A stretch of DNA of 63,824 nucleotides, filler included, from Octopus bimaculoides (GCF_001194135.2; 5 parts of 4 records of this genome joined end to end with filler, not necessarily neighbours in it); one strand, 5' to 3'; numbered from the whole stretch's first letter, positions 1 to 11,889 are shown. Numbers and translations are program-made. The notes: generated by a model from the sequence alone, not told the origin.

Positions 1-214
1 GAGGAGGAGGAGGGGGAGGAGGAAAAGAAGAGAAAGAATAACAAAAATGCGGGAGTGGTATGACAGTAGTAGGATGTTGGTGGAATCCTCTTAAATGGTC
101 AAGTGACCTAAAAGTGACCTGTGGTGATTGTAATAGTAGTGATTGGAATTGTTCTGAATAAATCCGTGGGTACTGACTGTTCTGAATATATCGATTTTAA
201 TACTTGCGTGTATA

Positions 215-860
215 TTATTCTAAGGCCCTTGTAATAGTGTCATTTGTGGTGGACGCTTTCAAAAGGGGTTTATATTTTGTAATAAAATATGACTCTTTAC
301 TAATGCGCTGACTACAAGTTGCATCAACTCGGAATTTATTGAGGGGAACAATTCTGAAGCTAGGGTGTTTGTTAGTGGCGCAAATATCGATGTGTTCGCT
401 GAATGCTATTTTTCTGTATTCCCAAATTTTGATCTGGAATCTAGGTAGGGTCATCCTTTGACGTAGACAGTTTTTGGTTTGGACTATGTATTGCTCTCGA
501 CACCCAGTGCAAGTTAATATATATATTAGGTTCTCCGATGCACATGGGAAGTTGTTTTTTCACTGTAAAACGTTGACCCTGTTTGAAAGAGAACTCTGAT
601 CCTTCAATTCAGCTGACGCATCTACCACAGTTAGGTCATCTGCATTTTTTTACTGACGGCTTCAGTGTTGTTGTCGAGCGTACTTGGGTTTGTGTTAGCA
701 GACTTTTCATAGATTTGTGTTGTCTTTTGCTCTTTATGATGGTGTGCGTTTGGAGGATTAAATTCATTCTGTGGTCCCTTTTTAGTAGTGAAATGTTATG
801 GAGGATGGTGTCGAAGGCTTCATTGTTAAGAGGGTTGTGTTCGGAGATGTATGGTAGGGC
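215..860 (-). mobile_element. Penelope-like retroelement remnant (RT-EN linker, Cys knuckle, GIY-YIG endonuclease), pseudogenised
   Basis: Minus-strand translation across stops and a frameshift: LPYISEHNP...IIKSKRQHKSMKSLLT...VKKCR*PNCGRC (PLE linker and CxxxCxxC), then NLIYILTCTGCREQYIVQT (GIY-YIG) and SEHIDIC...RISKESYFITKYKPLL (endonuclease C-terminus). The upstream RT is lost at a (TTC)n tract and gap. Confidence 0.85.
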
Positions 861-979
861 TTCTTCTTCTTCTTCTTCTTCTTCTTCTTCTTCTTCTTCT
901 TCTTCTTCTTCTTCTTCTTCTTCTTCTTCTTCTTCTTCTTCTTCTTCTTCTTCTTCTTCTTCTTCTTCTTCTTCTTCTT
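860..979. repeat. (TTC)n microsatellite running into an assembly gap
   Basis: About 40 perfect TTC units, then Ns from 980. Confidence 0.97.
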
Positions 980-3082
980 NNNNNNNNNNNNNNNNNNNNN
1001 NNNNNNNNNNNNNNNNNNNNNNNNNNNNNNNNNNNNNNNNNNNNNNNNNNNNNNNNNNNNNNNNNNNNNNNNNNNNNNNNNNNNNNNNNNNNNNNNNNNN
1101 NNNNNNNNNNNNNNNNNNNNNNNNNNNNNNNNNNNNNNNNNNNNNNNNNNNNNNNNNNNNNNNNNNNNNNNNNNNNNNNNNNNNNNNNNNNNNNNNNNNN
1201 NNNNNNNNNNNNNNNNNNNNNNNNNNNNNNNNNNNNNNNNNNNNNNNNNNNNNNNNNNNNNNNNNNNNNNNNNNNNNNNNNNNNNNNNNNNNNNNNNNNN
1301 NNNNNNNNNNNNNNNNNNNNNNNNNNNNNNNNNNNNNNNNNNNNNNNNNNNNNNNNNNNNNNNNNNNNNNNNNNNNNNNNNNNNNNNNNNNNNNNNNNNN
1401 NNNNNNNNNNNNNNNNNNNNNNNNNNNNNNNNNNNNNNNNNNNNNNNNNNNNNNNNNNNNNNNNNNNNNNNNNNNNNNNNNNNNNNNNNNNNNNNNNNNN
1501 NNNNNNNNNNNNNNNNNNNNNNNNNNNNNNNNNNNNNNNNNNNNNNNNNNNNNNNNNNNNNNNNNNNTATATATATATTCACTGAGATACTGAGACAAAA
1601 ACATACTGGGCTAGCTACTACAAACACTTTTATTCAGGACCGCATCCGGGAAACAGTCATTTCCTTGATGGTTGAAATACTCACCCACCAGCACACTACA
1701 TCTACCAATTTAGAAGCGTATTGTGTGTGTGTGTATATATTTACCGTTAATACAACAGCTGTTACTATTTTGAACTAGGATGTTGTGTAACCACCTTCTT
1801 AAGTCCATTTGATTCACCCGCCTCTTTTTTCACTTCATTCCTTTTGTGTTTCCATTTCGCTCAAACACCACGCTATACACTATACAAAACATTTTCTCTC
1901 CAGAGCTGAAAACTACTGGAATATCCACTCTTTTTTTTCCACGAAACCTTCAGGCGCCAGCTTTCATAAGTTCAAACTGAATACAAAAGTCTTGGGCGTT
2001 GCCTTTCCTCCTCCAATTAATTAATTATTAACAAAAAAATAAATAACACTATACTTGGTTAAATAGGAATGCTTTATTCCGACAGTTTGTATCTACGCAA
2101 CACATACAAAATGTCGGAAACATTGATTTAATGACCGAGCTACTTAAAAACACAATGTACCAGATTACACCACTATTTCCGATTCGTCTGCATCATGTGA
2201 TTGAGCTAAAACACATCCGCTTTTGTCGACGGCCACGGTATAAGAGCAATGTTTTGTCTAAGTACTAGAATGATTATTTGGGTTGGTTATTCGCTAACTT
2301 CATGTACTACTGTTGATGGTTACTCTGTGAAAATAGTATATTGATTGAAGTTGCAAAGATAGAGAAAAAAAAGAGAAAAAAAGGACAGAAATAAACAAAC
2401 TCGAAACTACATAAACGGTGACAAATAAAATTAAGTATTCTTAACAGTGAGTTACATTTATGGACGTCCTGTCTCAATATGTACAAATGATAATTTTCCG
2501 ATTTATTATAAATTTAGCTGTCACACAACAGTTTTGGTCATTTTTTTTCAGTCCTTTTTTTTTTTTTTAGTAAGCACATCATTTTAATATTTATCTTTTT
2601 TTACGTAAGGAATTCTACAGAATATGATTGGAAGTTTTAAACTTCCGGAGCATTTTACGGTTTGCATGCGAAATAGGATATAAACAAGATATAAACCAGG
2701 AGATAACAAGTGATTCATTTGCTTGCAACAATAATTTCAGAAATGCACCAAACTTCGATGTCATTTAATCTTTAGACCGTTTATATCATCAAGAGATTCA
2801 AAATGTAAAATATCTTTATCAAAATTTTATGTTTGCACTCATAATCGTTGGTACATATGGATGTGTTACTAAATGTTTAATTAACAGTCTAGAAAAGCTG
2901 TGGTGTGTTCAAATAAGGAAAGAAACCTTCTCGTTCGTATTCTGTAAATACAGCCAGTAAAGCACAGTAGAAAAACTACTTTGTTTCTAGGTTAGAAACC
3001 AACACTTTTTTCCATCTGTGAGAATTTCCAGAAATAAAGCCGAGAGAACAAGCACCCCCTCCCCCTCCCCCACATACACACA

Positions 3083-3086
<4 letters not shown>

Positions 3087-3117
<31 letters not shown>

Positions 3118-3184
3118 ACTTACATACACATATATACAAACGCTCATACACACATAGATACATGTTTACACGCATACACACATA

Positions 3185-3280
<96 letters not shown>
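3087..3280. repeat. (CA)n microsatellite cluster
   Basis: CA runs at about 3087-3115 and 3189-3280. Confidence 0.95.
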
Positions 3281-3282
<2 letters not shown>

Positions 3283-3302
3283 TACATACATTCACATACA
3301 GG

Positions 3303-4543
3303 TAAGAGAGTCGGCTGAAAAGATCATAGACTGACATAGATACTCCTATAGAATGTGAGAGAAAGTGAGGTTTATTTTTCAACAGAGTCCTCCTTGTGGT
3401 CCACACACTCCTTCCATTGGTGGTGTAGTGCTTCGATCTCATTGGAGAAGACGTCATCCTATAGGTCAAAAAAATTATCAACAGCGGATTGACGTCATCA
3501 CTGCAATACTAATTTCCAGTCAAGTGTTTTTTCATGTTGAGGAACAGATGATTGTCAGATAAGACCAAATCAGGGGAATAGGAGGTGATTAACCACTTCA
3601 AGTCCACAGTCACCCACCAGCCATTGAAATCAAAGGTTTGAGTGCTGGGGCATTGTCCTTGGCGATTGGTCTTGATAGCTTTTCGTAACTACCTCAACAA
3701 GTTGGCATAGTACTCTCCATTGATGGGGTGGCCCGTTTGAAGATAGTCAATAAACACAATGCCTTTTCCACCCACCAAAACTGAGGCCATCACCTTCCCT
3801 GCAGATGGAACGAGATTGACCTTCTTTGAAGCAGGTGAGGAGGAGTGTTTCCACTGCATGGATTGTCTATTTGTCTCTGGCTCAAAGTGATGAAGCTAAC
3901 ACTCATCCTGGTTTAGGAAACGTTCAAGGAAACCAGCTGGATCTGTCTCAAACAATGTCAGATTTTCCCGTAATATGACTCGCCTGGTGCACTTTTGATC
4001 AGGCGTCAAAAGACATGGCATCCTCTGAGCAGAAGCTTTCCCCATGCCAAGTTCATTGTGCAGAACATTCTCAACTCTCTCACGACATATGTTAATAGCA
4101 TTGAATATTTGATTTGTCGTCAATTGCCTGTCATCTATCAGCATATGGTGAACATGATCAATGTATTTGTCAGTGGTGGCAGCTGTAGGACGCTTAGACG
4201 TTAGGTTATCTTCAAGATTCTCCATTCTCCTCTTAAATTCAACTGCCCACGCTTGTACTTGATAAAGCTGGGGCGTCATACCCTAAATTTGCAATGATGT
4301 TAACATGGTAAACAGTTTTCTGCAGATACTTGATAACACTACAATGCCAAATTTTGTCGATTTCAAAGAGAAGTCGCCACTAGTTATTTTTAAAGTCTCT
4401 TTTGAACAGTCAGATGGTAGCTTACCTGGAAAGAAACAATACCGTTATTAATTAGAGGATTTGAAATTAGTACGTGCAAGATTTCACAGCTCTAGCGTCA
4501 CGTCTTCATAGTCAGCCAATGAACTTTTCAGCCCACCCTCGTA
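3303..4543 (-). mobile_element. Near full-length mariner transposon with decayed transposase
   Basis: Imperfect TIRs (left TA-AGAGAGTCGGCTGAAAAGATCATAGACTGAC; right, reverse-complemented, TA-CGAGGGTGGGCTGAAAAGTTCATTGGCTGAC) with TA at both ends. ORF 3896-4279 gives WAVEFKR...RP...TT...DDRQLT...LHNELGM.K.SA.R.P.LLTPDQK...FL.QDEC, followed in broken frames by HHFEPET..QSMQWKH and SAGKVMASV. Confidence 0.92.
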
Positions 4544-4551
4544 CATTCATT

Positions 4552-4555
<4 letters not shown>

Positions 4556-4583
<28 letters not shown>

Positions 4584-4627
4584 CATACATACATACATAC
4601 ATACATACATACATACATACATACATG
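4556..4627. repeat. (TACA)n microsatellite
   Basis: Perfect TACA array directly after the mariner right end. Confidence 0.95.
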
Positions 4628-4659
4628 CATGCGTACATACAAAACCATACATACATACA

Positions 4660-5445
4660 TCGGAAGCTTGAAGAAGACAGGAGTATTGACACGAAGCACA
4701 GCCTCTCTTGAATACAAGACCACTACATCACATTACACTTTGAAGGCTATACATTTGCAATCCTGGAACAGGAGATTGCCACAAAGTACCTGGTGGACAA
4801 GAGAGACAGCGATGCCCTTGTAATCGCAAGGTGCAACCGATTGTGTAGGCTATGTCATGTGTTTGTGGAAGACATCACGCATGTGATTAGCAGTTGTTCT
4901 AAAATGCCGTCACAACAATACTACACCACCCCTATGCGGCACGATGTTGTTGCTAAAACAATTTACAATGCCATCCGCAAAAAAGACTATCCTGAAATAA
5001 ACTCAGAGAACCCCTCTGTTATAGAATACATTCATAAACATCAACTCAAGGAATACTGGTGGAATATTCCCATCAAAACTTCTGTTAAATGTAAACATAA
5101 CAGACCGGATATTGTTGTTTGGGACAGAGGGGCAAAGGTATGTACCATCATAGAGGTAAGCTGTTCTGAAGATATAAATATCACTTTAAAAATCAAAGGA
5201 AAAAAGGATATCTATGAACAACTGGTTCGAAACCTCCAGCTTCTATATCCAAAGTATGAATTCATATACATACCGATAATAATTGGAGCACTAGATTTTG
5301 TTCGTAGATAATTAAAGGAGAATCTGGATAAACTAGGATTATCAGAAAGAGAACTCGACCGGCTACTTCGTACATTACAAGTGCAATCTGTGAGAGGAAC
5401 AGTAAAAATATGCAAGACTTTTCTCAAGTTCCAAATAAAACATGC
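4660..5445 (+). mobile_element. 5'-truncated non-LTR retrotransposon with restriction-like endonuclease (R4/Dong/HERO-type), pseudogenised
   Basis: FEGYTFAILEQEIATKYL, CCHC knuckle CRLC...EDITHVISSC, RHD motif, NRPDIVVWD...IIEVS (PD-(D/E)xK core), then a premature stop at 5309-5311 followed by LQVQSVRGTVKICKTFL. Confidence 0.9.
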
Positions 5446-5459
5446 AAATCTGTACACAT

Positions 5460-5478
5460 GCATACATACATACATACA

Positions 5479-5512
<34 letters not shown>

Positions 5513-5516
5513 CATA
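5460..5516. repeat. (CATA)n microsatellite
   Basis: CATA array between the RLE LINE end and the next transposon. Confidence 0.95.
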
Positions 5517-6355
5517 CAGGGTGCGATGAGTAAATTGTTGCCATTTTATATTCTTAAATTTCCGTATACGCATTGTTTGTTTATGATTTTGTCAACTATA
5601 CAGTATAGTAAGGTCAGTTGGGCACCGTCTGTGAGAAAAACAGCCCCATGACGCAATTCACTTAGCCAAAAATTTGGAAACAACATGCTGTACTACTTGG
5701 AATTTGCGCTGGAAGCTCCAATAGGAACATTTCAGAGTGTTTGGGTGTCAATCTAAGGACAGTGCAATCTGAGGGCATGTACTAAGAGCGATAAAAATCA
5801 AACATCCAGTCAACATCATGGTGTTTGGAATGATCACTAGTGACGGCGACGTTATGCCTCCACTCATCTTCTCACACGACCTGGGTCAAGAGCGTAGCTG
5901 CTGGAAGACCCTATGTCTGGCAACAGCACTCTGCACCATACTACACAAGCAGGAGAACCCAGTCATGGCTAATCAGACAATTTCTGCGAACGCATCAACC
6001 CTAACATTTGGCCACCTAACTCTACAGACTACAACCCTCTTGATTATTATGTGTGGAGTGCAGTTCATCGAGAGACCAACAAAACTCCTTGTAACACCAA
6101 AGATGAACTGAAGGCAAGGATTATGGCAGCATTCACCAACTTAAACAAGGAGACTGTCCAGAAGAGTTGCAGGAGATTCCGAAGTCGTCTGGAGGCCGTG
6201 GTTGAAGCCAATGGCGATTTTATTGAATAAATTTATTCTTTAGTATTTCAAGATATTTTTATGTAATTTTGGTAAATATATCTGTTAAAATGAGATCTCC
6301 GTGTTATTTTCATTTTTGCATAATTTAGACGACAGTTTATTCACTGCACCCTGTA
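5515..6355 (+). mobile_element. Internally deleted Tc1/mariner-superfamily element (maT/DD37D-like)
   Basis: TA-CAGGGTGCGATGAGTAAATTG left end and CAGTTTATTCACTGCACCCTG-TA right end. Fragments WKQHAVLLGICAGSS...GVNLRTVQ, KHPVNIMVFGMITSDGDVMPP and a degenerate WPPNS.DYNPLDYYVW. Confidence 0.82.
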
Positions 6356-6510
6356 CATACATACAAATTGCCTGCATTTCATCTTTGGGTTACAGAAAAA
6401 TAATTTAAGCAAGAGAATATCACTATATCGTACTGAATATCAAAAGCTACACATGTACAATAGACTTTATAAAGACAACAGTTATAGCCATTACTGACTA
6501 TAATAGCAAA

Positions 6511-6543
6511 ATGGTATTTCTTCATAAAAGCAGAGAAGAAAAT
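6511..6543 (+). CDS. Candidate first coding micro-exon of an unknown host gene (MVFLHKSREEN, phase 0)
   Basis: Pyrimidine-rich acceptor TTACAG ending at 6395, GCAAAATGG start context at 6511, perfect donor AAT|GTAAGTA at 6544. No homology recognised and no downstream exon linked. Confidence 0.2.
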
Positions 6544-6939
6544 GTAAGTATTTTGTTAAGATCTATGTCTTTAAATTAAGTACCCGATCAATAACTGAAT
6601 AACTGTCTTCTGAGCAAAGGAACTGGTTTATGTGAGATATTACTGAAAGCCATGCAGTTTAGATGATTAAGAGAGAAGAAGAGTTATTAAACTAAACTCA
6701 AGAATCGATCGATCATGTTACGAAATGATGATGATGTACTGAAGCGTTTATCATGGACGTAAGGGGTGTGCATGTGTGTGCACTGGTGTGTGTGTGTTTG
6801 TGTGTGTGTGTACGTGTGTGTGTGTATAAAGACGTTAACCACTTGACAATCGAATCGATCCGTTTTACCTCATCTTTAATAGATAACTTAGTCATATGTT
6901 TATGACGCATAAAATTACTTGGGCCGATGCAGGTTTGTT

Positions 6940-7246
6940 GTTGTCGTTGATGCTGCTTGTGATGGTGGTGGTGGTGGTAATGGTGGTGGTGAATTAGTTC
7001 TGGTGATGGCGGTGGTGCTGGTGGTGTTGGTGGTGGTGGTTGTGGTGGCGGCGGCGGTGGTGGTGGAGATGACGACGACGATGATTGTAGCAGTTGACAG
7101 TGGTTGTTGTTGTCATCGTCCTAATCAATACGGCGGCGATAATAGAGATGGAGTGTGATGATGATGATGATGATGATGATGATCGTGGTAGTTGTGATGG
7201 TAGTTGTCGCCACCGCCGTCGCGGTTATGGTAGTGGTGGTGGTGGT
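6940..7246. repeat. Mosaic trinucleotide low-complexity tract (GGT/GAT/GTT)
   Basis: Interleaved GGT, GAT, GTT and GCG runs ending in a gap. Confidence 0.9.
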
Positions 7247-7824
7247 NNNNNNNNNNNNNNNNNNNNNNNNNNNNNNNNNNNNNNNNNNNNNNNNNNNNNN
7301 NNNNNNNNNNNNNNNNNNNNNNNNNNNNNNNNNNNNNNNNNNNNNNNNNNNNNNNNNNNNNNNNNNNNNNNNNNNNNNNNNNNNNNNNNNNNNNNNNNNN
7401 NNNNNNNNNNNNNNNNNNNNNNNNNNNNNNNNNNNNNNNNNNNNNNNNNNNNNNNNNNNNNNNNNNNNNNNNNNNNNNNNNNNNNNNNNNNNNNNNNNNN
7501 NNNNNNNNNNNNNNNNNNNNNNNNNNNNNNNNNNNNNNNNNNNNNNNNNNNNNNNNNNNNNNNNNNNNNNNNNNNNNNNNNNNNNNNNNNNNNNNNNNNN
7601 NNNNNNNNNNNNNNNNNNNNNNNNNNNNNNNNNNNATGAGACATTTGTTGATCAATGTTTAATCATTTGATTAATCATTTTGTTAGTTTCTTGTGTTTTG
7701 TTTCTTTGTTATGTAGAGTAAATATTTGTAGGTTAATCCCTTCATTTTGTACATATTCCCTGCCTCATGTTATCGGCAACAAAATGTTTTCTAATATGCA
7801 GATTCAGATATTCAGTTTCTTTGT

Positions 7825-7959
7825 ATGTATGTATGTATGTATGTATGTATGTATGTATGTATGTATGTATGTATAGCCGAAGGCATGACAACATCTCCAG
7901 CGTTGGTGCCAGCCACTACATTCTGTAAAGAGTGTGGTACTAGAAAGCACATTGAACTG

Positions 7960-8015
<56 letters not shown>
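7825..8015. repeat. (TATG)n and (TG)n microsatellites
   Basis: TATG array at about 7825-7872 and TG array at about 7960-8015. Confidence 0.93.
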
Positions 8016-8576
8016 NNNNNNNNNNNNNNNNNNNNNNNNNNNNNNNNNNNNNNNNNNNNNNNNNNNNNNNNNNNNNNNNNNNNNNNNNNNNNNNNNNNNN
8101 NNNNNNNNNNNNNNNNNNNNNNNNNNNNNNNNNNNNNNNNNNNNNNNNNNNNNNNNNNNNNNNNNNNNNNNNNNNNNNNNNNNNNNNNNNNNNNNNNNNN
8201 NNNNNNNNNNNNNNNNNNNNNNNNNNNNNNNNNNNNNNNNNNNNNNNNNNNNNNNNNNNNNNNNNNNNNNNNNNNNNNNNNNNNNNNNNNNNNNNNNNNN
8301 NNNNNNNNNNNNNNNNNNNNNNNNNNNNNNNNNNNNNNNNNNNNNNNNNNNNNNNNNNNNNNNNNNNNNNNNNNNNNNNNNNNNNNNNNNNNNNNNNNNN
8401 NNNNNNNNNNNNNNNNNNNNNNNNNNNNNNNNNNNNNNNNNNNNNNNNNNNNNNNNNNNNNNNNNNNNNNNNNNNNNNNNNNNNNNNNNNNNNNNNNNNN
8501 NNNNNNNNNNNNNNNNNNNNNNNNNNNNNNNNNNNNNNNNNNNNNNNNNNNNNNNNNNNNNNNNNNNNNNNNNNNN

Positions 8577-8629
<53 letters not shown>

Positions 8630-8744
8630 TGCATACATTCATATGTCAGGTATGATTGACCCATAAATGAGAGGATCTGGAATGAATACCTTAGGAGAAT
8701 AATGAATCCACACACAACGTTTTTGTCGCTCATCCCATCCCATC

Positions 8745-8852
8745 CCGGGGCTAGAGTAGAAAACACTTAGCCAGAGTATCGCGCAGCAGGATTGCACCCA
8801 AGATCACATGGTTATGAAGCAAGCTTCTCACCCACACAGCTACTCCTGCACC
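8745..8852 (-). mobile_element. tRNA-derived SINE family B, head fragment
   Basis: Reverse complement GGTGCAGGAGTAGCTGTGTGG..GAAGCTTGCTTC...AAGTGTTTTCTACT matches the head of the copies at 10183 and 23787. Confidence 0.7.
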
Positions 8853-9174
8853 CTCTGACCAGTATTTTATCAATTTGCACTTCTGCACTTAAGTCTTTCC
8901 AGAAATCTATTATAATCACGAACACACTCTGTGTTGTCTCCTTTCCCTAGAAAACCATATTGTCATTACTGAATGTTGTTTAACCTCAAGGTTATCCCTA
9001 ATGGAGCCAAATCTATGATTAAAGGCATTCTAACAATGACCATTCCATATTTTTTTTTCAGACGTAGAGTACATCGGATTACATCAAGTCCCCCCCCCTC
9101 ACCTTTTTCCCTTTTAGACGGTAGAATGTGATTTGCGGAAACTTGACTGCTATTTCTAGCTGATTAGCAGCAAA

Positions 9175-9360
9175 GTTCCTTCCCGAGTCATATAGACTCA
9201 TTGGGCCGGTTTTCTGGTTTCCATGGCGCAAATATTCCCCACCTGGACGGGACGTCGGTTCATCGCAAGATTACACAACGCGTCGTCTGGTCCAAGAATT
9301 GAAACCACAATCTTACGATCATGAGTCCAACACCCTAAGCACTAAGTCACGCACCTCCAC
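9175..9360 (-). mobile_element. tRNA-derived SINE (further family, D), partial
   Basis: Reverse complement GGTGCGTGACTTAGTGCTTAGGGTGTTGGACTCATGATCGTAAGATTGTGGTTTCAATTC shows tRNA-like A- and B-box spacing. Confidence 0.55.
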
Positions 9361-10026
9361 TCTAGCTGGTTATATTTCCACAAAGACACTTCTCCATTGA
9401 CTCAAGAAAAACCTGTAATTGCAACAGATGTCATCTTGAAGTTTCTCCAGTCTATCTCGTAAAGTGTGTGTGCTTGTGTAAGTGCGTATATGTGCGTGCG
9501 TGTGCGTGTGTGTGCGTGCGTGCGTGCGTGTGTGTGTGTGCGCGCGTGCTTGTATGCATATATGCTATTCATTTATAAACGTTTGAAATAATAGAAACGG
9601 CTGAATGTAAGGCTAAACTTTTTTCACAGCATTTACTTTGATCTCACTCTCTATACTCCGATTTCAAATCGAGCCCATTAATCTTTGCCTTTCATTCTTT
9701 TTGGAGTATATAAATTAATTATCATTAATATTCCACTGTCAATCCATTCTATTATATACATCACTCCGTATGCCTCGCTAACAAATCAATACGCATATGC
9801 CAGAAAGAAAGAAAAAAAAAGATTGATTATTTCTTGTTTGTTTTTTGGTGTTGTTTCTGACGCGATACAAGACCAATCTGTGCTAGTGAGGGTAAATCGA
9901 ATGACTCAACGAGTGGTTATTTTTTTCTTCTTACTGGTATTTCTTTTATCGACCTCGAAAGCAATAAATGAAAAGTGAAGTTCATTCTGGTAGTATCTGA
10001 ATTCAGAAAACCGAGACGAATAACAA

Positions 10027-10057
<31 letters not shown>

Positions 10058-10182
10058 ATGCATAAATAGATAAATAAATGCATAAATACTTAATGCTGTT
10101 TTCATGATCCTCATAGACAAACTAATCTCTTTGAGATTTGATATAAACATCATATATGGCGTAGGTGCAGGTGTTGCTTGTA

Positions 10183-10346
10183 GGCGTAGGTGTGGTTGTG
10201 TAGTAAGAAGCTTACTTTCCAATCACATGGTTCTGGGTTCAGTCCTACTGCGTGGCAATTTGGGCCAGCGTCTTCTACTACAATCTCGGGCCAACCAAAG
10301 CCTTGTGAGTGGATTTGGTAGACGGAAACTGAAAGAAATACGTCGA

Positions 10347-10389
<43 letters not shown>

Positions 10390-10641
10390 CTGTTTATATG
10401 TACGTGTGCGTGCACGCATCTTTGTGTCTGTTTCACTACCACCACCAGCACCAAAGCTTGGAAACCGGTGTTGATGTTTTTACGTTCCCATAACGCGGCG
10501 GTTCGGCCATAAAAGACCGATATAGTAAGTACCAGGCTTCAAAAAAATACTGGGGTCCATTCGTTCGACTAAAATTCTTTAAGTTTTGCTCCACCATTGC
10601 CGCAGTCTAATGACTGAAACAAGTAAAAGATAAAAGATAAA
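10183..10641 (+). mobile_element. tRNA-derived SINE family B, full length, with internal (CA)/(TA) microsatellite
   Basis: tRNA-like head (B box GGGTTCAGTCC), TTGGGC motif, internal microsatellite, 3' GCCGCAGTCTAATGACTGAAAC and (AAAAGAT)n tail. Matches many copies in this window. Confidence 0.88.
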
Positions 10642-10692
10642 GGACACATATAAATGAATGAATGAATGAATGAAATAGGTGCATCCCTTAGA

Positions 10693-11105
10693 TATCAGGT
10701 CATCCCATAAGTTCTGTCCGAATTTTGAATAAAGAAAGCAAGTGATCAAATGTTATATTTAATTGAAATTTTATCATCAATGTACTTGCCCTGATTATCT
10801 ATGACTTCCTTCCATCTATTTACAAGCTTTTTAATCCCATCAATGTAAAACTCTTTTGGTTTCAAAGCGAAGAACTCTGAAATGTCAGTTTCGACCTCCT
10901 CCTGGTTTGCAAAAGTTATGTCCCCCAAATGATTCTGTAAACTACGAAACAAATGGTAGTCTGAAGAAGCAAGGTCGGGAGAATAAGGTGGATGAGGAAT
11001 TTTTTCCCAACCAACTCTTCGATCTTCTGTGATGTGATTTTTGCAGTGTGGGGTCGCGCATTGTCCTGATGAAACATCACCCCTTTTCGATTCACTAAAG
11101 CGGGT
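10693..11105 (-). mobile_element. Mariner transposon 3' fragment (DD34D C-terminus plus TIR)
   Basis: FHQDNARPHTA and frameshifted PDLASSDYHLFRSLQNHL...GIKKLVNRWKEVIDNQGKY. TA-TCAGGTCATCCCATAAGTTCTGTCCGA terminus at 10693. Confidence 0.88.
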
Positions 11106-11119
11106 GTTTTTTTTTTTTT

Positions 11120-11322
11120 ATCAAAGCTTGGTTCAAACTCTAATTGCTGACTGTAGACGATTACGCCAACCCCAATGCTCAACTGGTACTTATTTTATCG
11201 ATCCCGAAAGAATGAAAGGAAAAAATCGACCGCGGCGGAATTTAAACTCAGAGCATAAAGACGGATAAAATGCCGCTAAGCATTTTCCCGGGGTGCTAAC
11301 GATTCTGTCAGCTCGTCGCCTT
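11120..11322 (-). mobile_element. SINE family A copy
   Basis: Reverse complement GGCGACGAGCTGACAGAATCGTTAGC...TTCATTCTTTCGGGATCGATAAAATAAGTACCAG matches the copy at 20041. Confidence 0.85.
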
Positions 11323-11814
11323 CAGAATTGATATGAATTTTTAAAAGTTTTGAAGTACGAAATTAAGCGAGTTATTCATTCAATTATGACGGTCATTTGC
11401 ATTTATCACGGTCACTACTTAGTTTCTTTTTGTTTAGTACTCAATGATTCTGATCAATTCAGAGTGACAGACTGCGTAGGTCAATCAGCTTCTCACACTC
11501 ACTGAATTCCTCCAAGAATCTCTGTAATAGTTGCAGCACGACTAATTTTTGTACTATAACACTAATGAAGTCTAGAACACCCAGTCTTATGTCGTTAACA
11601 GCATTTATACGTTAACTACATTATACTCTCCACTCCCTAAGCGAACTACATTATGGATAAACATTTCCCTTTTGGTCACTCCCGCACGCTGTACAACTTG
11701 TGGCTAATTGAATGTATGTGTGTGTGTGTGTGTGTATGTGTATATACGCGTGTGCATATATGTATATTTATATATGCGTATGTATAGTGAGTATACATAC
11801 ATAATCTATGTATG

Positions 11815-11815
<1 letters not shown>

Positions 11816-11889
<74 letters not shown>
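11816..11889. repeat. (GATA)n microsatellite
   Basis: About 18 GATA units. Confidence 0.95.

Noticed and set aside
583-1627. Long ORFs with poly-S/E/K/L and X runs
   Set aside because: Produced by (TTC)n plus Ns. Only the minus-strand portion below 860 is meaningful (Penelope remnant).
6919-7670. Poly-V/G/H/D ORFs
   Set aside because: Trinucleotide low-complexity DNA and an N-gap, open in several frames on both strands.
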